From: Candidatus Kerfeldbacteria bacterium
Lineage (GTDB): Bacteria > Patescibacteriota > Patescibacteriia > UBA10025 > JAHIVO01
Length of the DNA: 64,000 nucleotides
Direction: 5' to 3'
Assembly: GCA_047946875.1 (NCBI GenBank)
Contig: CP181398.1
Span: 335,154 to 399,153 of the forward strand
In this document: positions 57,485-64,000 of the stretch, in pieces
How the letters are laid out: every line of letters begins with the position of its first letter
How positions within the stretch are numbered: position 1 is the stretch's first letter
Program-made: the position numbers and the translations under genes
The notes under the pieces: model-generated
What the model saw: only the letters and a program-made list of their open reading frames with translations
Told to the model about the DNA's origin: nothing
Databases searched by the model: none

Positions 57485-57937
57485 ATGAATAAATCTGGTT
57501 TTGATTATATCGGCGTGACAACTCCATTCTATTGCCATGATGGTAATGGAAATTTTTTGTTTCATAAAAGAAGCGATAAATGTCGAGATGAGAAAGGTAC
57601 TTGGGATTGTGGTGGTGGTCGCCTCGATTTTGGTGAAGATCCCAGAGAGGGAGTGTTAAGAGAAGTAAAAGAAGAATATGGTTGTGATGGTAATATTAAT
57701 GAACAACTTCCTTATTATTCTATAATCAGGAAACATGATGGTAAAAAAACTCATTGGTTATCACTTCCATTTATTATTCAAGTAGATCGTAATAAAGTAA
57801 AAAATAATGAGCCAGATAAAATTGATGAGATTGGTTGGTTTAAGTTAGATCAATTGCCTAAGCCAATACATACAGGAGTGAAATTAGAACTTGATAAATT
57901 TAAAAAACGATTAGATAAATATAAAAATGAGAACTAA
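57485..57937 (+). CDS. Nudix hydrolase
   Basis: WDCGGGRLDFGEDPREGVLREVKEEYG (intact box), NNEPDKI..WF. Confidence 0.9.
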   Translation: MNKSGFDYIGVTTPFYCHDGNGNFLFHKRSDKCRDEKGTWDCGGGRLDFGEDPREGVLREVKEEYGCDGNINEQLPYYSIIRKHDGKKTHWLSLPFIIQVDRNKVKNNEPDKIDEIGWFKLDQLPKPIHTGVKLELDKFKKRLDKYKNEN

Positions 57938-57955
57938 CTATTAATTCGGTTCTCA

Positions 57956-58066
57956 TCAAGTATTAATATTGATGTGGTCTAGGGAAGTTACCACTATAGC
58001 TTTTTTTGCTACAGAAGCAACCATCATAATCGCATTTTTTGTAATATCTAGTACTACATTAATCAT
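57956..58066 (-). CDS. Putative 36-aa small protein (MINVVLDITKNAIMMVASVAKKAIVVTSLDHININT)
   Basis: Read by hand: ATG 58066, TGA 57958-57956, AAGGA 8 nt upstream, then an atgagaac..gttctcat hairpin and T-run. Confidence 0.45.
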   Translation of the reverse strand: MINVVLDITKNAIMMVASVAKKAIVVTSLDHININT

Positions 58067-58216
58067 GGATACATTCCTTTTTATCACCTTTTGGGGTAAT
58101 TTAGAAACATTTTTGACACCGACCTATTAATCTAGTCGTGGTATTATTATATTATAAAGAAATTATTTTATATTAAGCCAATTTTATGGTATATTATACT
58201 ATAATAATAGAAATAT

Positions 58217-59605
58217 ATGGAAAAAAAATATACCTTTAAAGACAAAAAAATAACTGTAATGGGGCTGGGTCTCCATGGTGGTGGTTTAGGTACTACCAAG
58301 TGGCTTGCTGAGCAGGGCGCTAATATTTTGGTTACTGATTTGAAAAGTAAAGCTGAGTTAAAAGAATCAATTGATAAGTTAAAGAAATATAAGATTAAAT
58401 ACGTTTTAGGCAAACATCGAGCAGAAGATTTTAAAAATGCTGATATGATTATAAAAAATCCTGGAGTGCCCAGAGAGTCACAGTTACTAAAAATTGCAAC
58501 TAATCATAAAATTCCAATTGAAACAGATCTTAGTTTATTTTTTTCAATATGTAATTCTCCAACAATCGGGATAACTGGTACAAAAGGTAAGTCGACAACT
58601 ACTTGGCTTATTTATAAATTTCTTAAAGCTGCAAAAAGTAATCCTGTAATCGCTGGAAATGTAAAAATTAGTCCATTAAGTATTTTAAATAAAATTAAAC
58701 CAAATACTCCTGTAGTATTGGAACTATCTTCATGGCAGTTAGAAGATATGCAACAGATTAAGAAAAGTCCAAATATTGCGATCATTACAAATTTAATGCC
58801 GGACCATCTGAATAGATATAAATCAATGTCGGAGTATGTAAAATCAAAAAAACTAATTCTTAAGTTTCAAACTTCTAAGGATATTGCAATATTAAATTAT
58901 GACAATGAATTGACTAGAGAATTTGGTAAGCAAGTTAAAGGTAGACGATTTTGGTTTTCTGGTAATAAAGAGGTGAATGAACAAAATTCGTGTTTTGTCA
59001 GAAAGGGTTGGATCATATTTAGACAGTATGGTGAAGAAAACATTATTTGCCCAATCAAAGATATAAAAGTACCTGGACAACATAATCTTGAAAATATTTT
59101 AGCTGCTATAGTAGTAGCTAAGGTAAGTTCAGTTAGTAATATTATTATTAGAAAAGTACTAAAAGATTTCAAAGGAGTACCAGATCGTTTGGAATTGATT
59201 CGTACTTGGAAAGGTATCAGATTTTATAATGACACTACGGCAACAGCACCTGATGCAGCTATTGCAGGGTTAAAAAGTTTTGACGAAAAAGTGATTTTAC
59301 TGGCTGGTGGTTATGATAAAAAATTAAAGTATGATAAATTCGCTGAAATGATTAAGCAAAAATCAAACTTCACGTATTTATTTAAAGGGGATGCTTCTGA
59401 TAAGTTGGTTAAAGAATTTAATAAAATAGGTTACAAAAATTGGCAAGTTATAAAAAATATGCCAGAGGGAGTAGGAAAAGCAATCAAAAAAATTGGAGAC
59501 GCAAAAATCATATTACTTTCACCAGGAGCAGCTAGTTTCGGTATGTTTGTAAATGAATTTGACCGTGGAGACAAATTTAAGGAGTTGGTAAAAAAACTAA
59601 AATAA
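58217..59605 (+). CDS. murD: UDP-N-acetylmuramoyl-L-alanine--D-glutamate ligase
   Basis: MGLGLHGGG, KNPGVP, GITGTKGKSTTT, LELSSWQL, PDHLNRY, YNDTTAT, LLSPGAASF..RG. Confidence 0.94.
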   Translation: MEKKYTFKDKKITVMGLGLHGGGLGTTKWLAEQGANILVTDLKSKAELKESIDKLKKYKIKYVLGKHRAEDFKNADMIIKNPGVPRESQLLKIATNHKIPIETDLSLFFSICNSPTIGITGTKGKSTTTWLIYKFLKAAKSNPVIAGNVKISPLSILNKIKPNTPVVLELSSWQLEDMQQIKKSPNIAIITNLMPDHLNRYKSMSEYVKSKKLILKFQTSKDIAILNYDNELTREFGKQVKGRRFWFSGNKEVNEQNSCFVRKGWIIFRQYGEENIICPIKDIKVPGQHNLENILAAIVVAKVSSVSNIIIRKVLKDFKGVPDRLELIRTWKGIRFYNDTTATAPDAAIAGLKSFDEKVILLAGGYDKKLKYDKFAEMIKQKSNFTYLFKGDASDKLVKEFNKIGYKNWQVIKNMPEGVGKAIKKIGDAKIILLSPGAASFGMFVNEFDRGDKFKELVKKLK

Positions 59606-59606
59606 A

Positions 59607-60710
59607 ATGGGACTAAAATTACATCAACCAGATTATAAAATGATGATAACTGTCGGGGTTATTGTAATTTTTGGTTTGGTTATGCTGGCCTCGGCAAGCT
59701 CCGTATCATCTTTTGAAACATTTGGTGATAGTAATTATTTATTAAAACATCAGCTTCTTTATGGGTTGTTAGTCGGGTTAATTGGTTTGATTGTAGTTTC
59801 TAAAATTGATTACCATGTTTGGGGTAAGTTATCTTTTGCTTTATTAGCTTTTAATATTTTATTACTACTTGCCGTTTTGATACCAGGTATCGGTTATGAG
59901 GTAAATGGAGCAAGACGTTGGATTGATTTAGGATTTGTATTTTTACAACCCACAGAGTTATTAAAACTTACTTTTATATTATATTTATCAACATTGTTTT
60001 CAAAAAATATTTCAGGAATCAAGGATGCTACATATGGTTTGATGCCGTTTTTGTTTATGTTGGGAGCGATAGTTTTTTTGATCATGCTACAGCCAGATAT
60101 GGGAACAATGATGACCATAGCAATAACTGCTATAGTTATATATTTCGTAGCGGGTGCGGCAATCAAACATTTGTCTTGGATATTTTTGGGTGCAAGTGGT
60201 ATATTTTTTCTACTTATTCAGTTAGCACCATACCGCGTACAAAGATTAACTGTATTTTTAAATCCAGCCTTGGATCCATTGGGGATAGGTTATCATATTA
60301 ACCAAGCTTTGTTGGCTATTGGGAGTGGTGGTTTTTTTGGTCTAGGTTTAGGTCATTCCCGACAAAAATTTTTGTATTTACCTGAGGTCACTGGTGATTC
60401 TATTTTTGCCATATTGTCAGAAGAACTTGGTTTTCTATTTGCTGTAATTTTGATAGGTTTATTCTTGTATTTGATGAAAAGAGGTCTAAAAATTTCTAAA
60501 AAAGCTCCAGATTTGCTTGGGAAGCTTATTGCTGTTGGTATTGTTTCTTGGATAGTTATTCAAGCTTTTATTAATATTGCTGCAATGGTAACTCTTGTTC
60601 CATTAACAGGAATACCCTTACCATTTATTAGTTATGGGAGTTCGGCATTGGCTACTACTTTGATTGCTATTGGTATATTGATTAATATATCAAAACAAAC
60701 AAAATCATAA
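59607..60710 (+). CDS. ftsW: SEDS peptidoglycan glycosyltransferase FtsW
   Basis: NGARRWI, QPTELLK, QPDMGT, IGSGG..GLG..QKF.YLPE..DSIFA, TGIPLPFISYG; murD-ftsW-murG synteny. Confidence 0.94.
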   Translation: MGLKLHQPDYKMMITVGVIVIFGLVMLASASSVSSFETFGDSNYLLKHQLLYGLLVGLIGLIVVSKIDYHVWGKLSFALLAFNILLLLAVLIPGIGYEVNGARRWIDLGFVFLQPTELLKLTFILYLSTLFSKNISGIKDATYGLMPFLFMLGAIVFLIMLQPDMGTMMTIAITAIVIYFVAGAAIKHLSWIFLGASGIFFLLIQLAPYRVQRLTVFLNPALDPLGIGYHINQALLAIGSGGFFGLGLGHSRQKFLYLPEVTGDSIFAILSEELGFLFAVILIGLFLYLMKRGLKISKKAPDLLGKLIAVGIVSWIVIQAFINIAAMVTLVPLTGIPLPFISYGSSALATTLIAIGILINISKQTKS

Positions 60711-60806
60711 TCATATTTATAAAATAAGACTTTGTTTAAATATTTTTCAGACTTTTACATTTGATCAAAATCAGCTATATTATAAGTACTGAAAGTTTTA
60801 AAATAT

Positions 60807-61874
60807 ATGAAAATATTATTTGCAGGGGGAGGAACAGCTGGGTCTGTATCGCCATTATTATCAATATATAACACAGTTAAAAAAATTAAACCGGAAACGG
60901 AATTTCTTTTTGTTAGAACGAAAAAAGGAGATCCAGAACTGAATTTACTACGTGGTTACAGTATGAAGATACAATCAATAAATTCAGGGAAATTTCGTAG
61001 ATATTTTTCTTTAAAAAATATTACAGATGTTTTTTTAACCTTCATTGGATTTATAGAATCACTATTCATAATAAAAGAATTTAAGCCAGATGTTATAGTT
61101 GGAGCTGGGGGATATATTTCTGTTCCAGTTATTTGGGCTGGTTGGGTGATGAGAAAAAAAATATTAATTCACCAACAGGATATTCGTCCATCTTTATCTA
61201 ATATATTAAGTATAAATTTAGCAAATACAATTACAGTAGCTTTTGAAAAATCTTTACGTGATTTTCCATCTACCAAAACAGTCTGGACTGGAAATCCATC
61301 TCGAAAAGAAATTCTGCATGGTAAAAAAGAACAGATAAAAAATTCTTTTGGTTTTAAAGATAATTTACCTGTTGTATTGATTGTGGGTGGTGGAACTGGC
61401 GCTGTTAGTTTGAATAATATTGTACAAAATTCTTTAGAGAAATTAGTTGAATTCTCTCAAGTTATATTGGTAACAGGAAAAGATAAAAGAATTACAGGTA
61501 TTGATAATCCAAGATTTAGACAGTATGAATTTTTAGTAGATGAAATGAAAGATGCTTTATCAAATTCAGTCGTAGTAGTTTCAAGAGCAGGTTTGTCTGC
61601 TATGACGGAATTTTCTGTTCTAGGAAAAGCAGTAATATTGGTTCCAATGCCAAAATCACATCAGGTAGAAAATGCTAATTATTTAGAAGAAAGAGATGCG
61701 GCGGTGGTTTTGGACCAAAGAAAATTATCTCCTAATAAATTAGTTGATAATATTCAAGAATTGTTGAATAATGATAATAAGAGAAGGATATTATCGGATA
61801 ATATAAAAAAGATAATGAAGAAGGATGCAAGCGAATCAATAACTAATGAGATTATTAAATTAGCAGAAAAATAA
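60807..61874 (+). CDS. murG: Undecaprenyl-PP-MurNAc-pentapeptide GlcNAc transferase
   Basis: AGGGTAGSVSP, GKFRRY, GGYISVP, TGNPSR, GGGTGA, SRAG, HQVENA. Confidence 0.94.
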   Translation: MKILFAGGGTAGSVSPLLSIYNTVKKIKPETEFLFVRTKKGDPELNLLRGYSMKIQSINSGKFRRYFSLKNITDVFLTFIGFIESLFIIKEFKPDVIVGAGGYISVPVIWAGWVMRKKILIHQQDIRPSLSNILSINLANTITVAFEKSLRDFPSTKTVWTGNPSRKEILHGKKEQIKNSFGFKDNLPVVLIVGGGTGAVSLNNIVQNSLEKLVEFSQVILVTGKDKRITGIDNPRFRQYEFLVDEMKDALSNSVVVVSRAGLSAMTEFSVLGKAVILVPMPKSHQVENANYLEERDAAVVLDQRKLSPNKLVDNIQELLNNDNKRRILSDNIKKIMKKDASESITNEIIKLAEK

Positions 61875-63242
61875 ATGAATTTTAGTGAAATTAAAAATAT
61901 ACATTTTATTGGCGTCGGCGGAATTGGTGTTTCAGCATTGGCTAGATTGATGATGGAGTTGGGAAAAAGCGTTAGTGGTTCTGATTTGTCAAATTCAATT
62001 ATTACAGATCAGTTAAAAGATATTGGCGTAAATGTAATAATTGGACCACACAAAGATAGTAATATTCAAATTAATACCCAGTTAGTTGTGTACACTAATG
62101 CAATAGTCAAAACTAACCCAGAATTAAAAAAGGCCCAGAAAATCAAAGCAATATTAATGAGTTATCCGGAATTGTTGGCTAGATTGATGGAGACGCATTT
62201 GTCGATAATAGTTAGTGGGACTCATGGTAAAAGTACAACAACTGCCATGTTAGCAAAAATATTTATCGAAGCAGGGTTAGATCCATCAGTAGTTGTAGGG
62301 ACTAATGTTAATGATTTTAATGGTAATGCAAGATTAGGCTTGGGAAGACATTTTATTGCTGAAGGTGATGAATTTCACGAGGCATTTCTAAATTATAATC
62401 CTATCAGTTTAATCCTAAATAATATTGAATCAGATCATCTTGATTATTATAAGACGGAAGAAAATATTATAAAAGCTTTTACAAAAGTTGTTAAGAAAGT
62501 TCCTAAAGGTGGAGTAATAGTTGCTAATGCAGAAGATAAAAATATTAAAAAGGTATTAAAATCAGCAAAAGCAAAAGTGCTAACATTCGGAATTAATGAT
62601 GGAGATTATCAAGTAACTCACATTGTACGACATGGTGAATTGGTTCGTTTTGCAGTTAAGGGTTTAGAAAGATTTGATTTGGCGATTAGAATGCCGGGTA
62701 TTCATAATGTTAGTAATGCACTAGCAGCTGCCGTTTTAGCATTATCTTTTGGAATAGAAATTGATATTATAAAAAAAGCTTTATTAAATTTTTCTGGAAT
62801 TTGGAGAAGGTTTGAGATAAAAGGTAAAAATAAAGGGGTTACTATTGTTGATGATTATGCTCATCACCCAACTGAGATTAGAGCTACCCTGAAAGCGGCT
62901 AAAAGTTTTTTTAAAGGTAAAAGGATTTGGTGTGTCTTCCAACCTCATAGTGGTAATCGTACTAATGCATTATTTAGTGATTTTACTAAGTCTTTTACTG
63001 ATTGTGATCAATTAATATTAACAGATATTTATAAAGTTGCAGGTCGAGAAAAAAAAGATCACGTAGACATGAAAAAGTTTGTACAGGATATTATAAATGT
63101 AAAACAAAAGAAAACTGTAATATATATAAAAAATTATAAAAGTATTAATACATATTTAAGAAAAAAAATTAAGTCAGGAGATGTAGTAATTACTATGGGT
63201 GCGGGAACTATTACAGAGGTAAGTGATAAATTATTAACATAA
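61875..63242 (+). CDS. murC: UDP-N-acetylmuramate--L-alanine ligase
   Basis: HFIGVGGIGVSALA, SGTHGKSTTT, NIESDHLD, RRFE, DDYAHHPTEI, FQPH, MGAGTI. Confidence 0.95.
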   Translation: MNFSEIKNIHFIGVGGIGVSALARLMMELGKSVSGSDLSNSIITDQLKDIGVNVIIGPHKDSNIQINTQLVVYTNAIVKTNPELKKAQKIKAILMSYPELLARLMETHLSIIVSGTHGKSTTTAMLAKIFIEAGLDPSVVVGTNVNDFNGNARLGLGRHFIAEGDEFHEAFLNYNPISLILNNIESDHLDYYKTEENIIKAFTKVVKKVPKGGVIVANAEDKNIKKVLKSAKAKVLTFGINDGDYQVTHIVRHGELVRFAVKGLERFDLAIRMPGIHNVSNALAAAVLALSFGIEIDIIKKALLNFSGIWRRFEIKGKNKGVTIVDDYAHHPTEIRATLKAAKSFFKGKRIWCVFQPHSGNRTNALFSDFTKSFTDCDQLILTDIYKVAGREKKDHVDMKKFVQDIINVKQKKTVIYIKNYKSINTYLRKKIKSGDVVITMGAGTITEVSDKLLT

Positions 63243-63243
63243 T

Positions 63244-63277
63244 AAAAAAGCTCAACTATTATAATAATAGTTGAGCT
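63244..63277 (-). terminator. Intrinsic terminator of the BCCP-like gene (may also serve murC)
   Basis: 13-bp perfect stem agctcaactatta-taa-taatagttgagct (63249-63277); T-run follows on the minus strand. Confidence 0.8.
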
Positions 63278-63755
63278 AGATTTGTTCTACAAACATTATA
63301 GGTTGTCCAAATTCGACACGAGAGCCATCTTCCACAAGCATACCTGTAATCATTCCTGCAAATTCTGATTCGACTTCAATATCTAACCGCATGGCATTGA
63401 TTATACCTACTGTGTCACCAACTTTAATTATCTGACCAATAAATACAATTGGCTTTTTGTCTTTATCTTCTACTCCTTCTATGTAAGTAAGATGAAAAGT
63501 GCCAACCATATTTGAAGTTATTACGTAAAAAGGTTTCCTAGGGGGGATATAAACAGGTGGCTGATGAATAGGTACATCTGTATTGTAGTAAGATATTTCG
63601 TGAATTTTGGAGAATTTTGAAGTTATTTCTATCTCAGATATACTTGAATTTGAAACAATTTCTTTAATTGTATCAATAGAAGGCATTTTATAAGACCTTC
63701 CAATGAAATAAAAGCATATAGCTAGAATCACAATAACTACAGTAAATGTGAACAT
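63276..63755 (-). CDS. Membrane-anchored biotin/lipoyl-domain (AccB/BCCP-like) protein lacking the biotinyl lysine
   Basis: N-terminal TM; ITSNMVGTFH..VGIINAMRLDIEVESEFAGMI..VEDGSRVEFGQPIM; EAMKM motif appears as NAMRL; AGGAGG at 63765-63760. Confidence 0.8.
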   Translation of the reverse strand: MFTFTVVIVILAICFYFIGRSYKMPSIDTIKEIVSNSSISEIEITSKFSKIHEISYYNTDVPIHQPPVYIPPRKPFYVITSNMVGTFHLTYIEGVEDKDKKPIVFIGQIIKVGDTVGIINAMRLDIEVESEFAGMITGMLVEDGSRVEFGQPIMFVEQI

Positions 63756-63825
63756 GATTCCTCCTATATATTAAAGGGCCTATTTCTATATTAACTTACT
63801 TTAAAATGTGATATTATGCAATAGT

Positions 63826-64000
63826 ATGATAGATAAGTATAAAAAATTAAAAGAAAAATTACCAAATCTAAAAAAAGGTGAAATATTAGCCCCATATACA
63901 AGCTTCAAAATTGGTGGACCTGCTAAGTATTTTTTTGTAGCTCATAATAATGAAGATGTATTAAATGCTATAAACATTGCGCGAAAACTAGAAGTTGCTT
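63826..64000 (+). CDS. murB: UDP-N-acetylenolpyruvoylglucosamine reductase, 3'-partial
   Basis: Translated by hand: MIDKYKKLKEKLPNLKKGEILAPYTSFKIGGPAKYF.. (MurB N-terminal motif); follows murC. Confidence 0.9.
   Translation, partial: MIDKYKKLKEKLPNLKKGEILAPYTSFKIGGPAKYFFVAHNNEDVLNAINIARKLEVA

Noticed and set aside
2848-59172. Short overlapping ORFs in the track (e.g. 2848, 8048, 8579, 16277, 18264, 45036, 50368, 53219, 58168, 58897)
   Set aside because: Antisense or out-of-frame shadows of well-supported genes, with no motifs or initiation signals.
1-64000. Alternative genetic code (TGA = Gly, as in Gracilibacteria/Absconditabacteria)
   Set aside because: Conserved genes are full length under code 11, and TGA ends genes at expected positions (7579, 9011, 10126, 36345).

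Overview
A 64-kb, very AT-rich, gene-dense bacterial window. Genetic code 11 applies (TGA terminates several conserved genes). The content fits Patescibacteria/CPR (inference): few Shine-Dalgarno sites, very short spacers, a type IV pilus block, GT-C glycosyltransferases and FG-GAP/PEGA surface proteins. Layout: (1) 1-2261 HtrA-like and S8 proteases. (2) 2262-38524 a ~36-kb surface-glycan region with GtrA, GT2/GT4/GT-C enzymes, gmd, a nucleotide-sugar dehydrogenase, a ~16.5-kb minus-strand Wzm/Wzt block, ahcY and rmlB-D-C-A. (3) 38773-45346 PEGA protein, murA, S41 protease, acyP, rplI, pyrG, rpmA. (4) 45424-54144 type IV pilus operon. (5) 54227-64000 a GT-C gene and the dcw cluster mraY-murD-ftsW-murG-murC-murB. 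No rRNA, tRNA, CRISPR array or transposase was found. Best candidates for new biology: a ParB/Srx-domain plus WbdD-like methyltransferase fusion in the Wzm/Wzt block (possible new glycan chain terminator); a Cj1427-like oxidise-epimerise-reduce sugar module that may be coupled to an inserted L-2-hydroxyglutarate oxidase-like cassette; a DUF218 plus degenerate Nudix fusion; a membrane-anchored BCCP homologue without the biotinyl lysine; and unusual minor pilins. All family calls come from motif recognition by eye; no searches were run.
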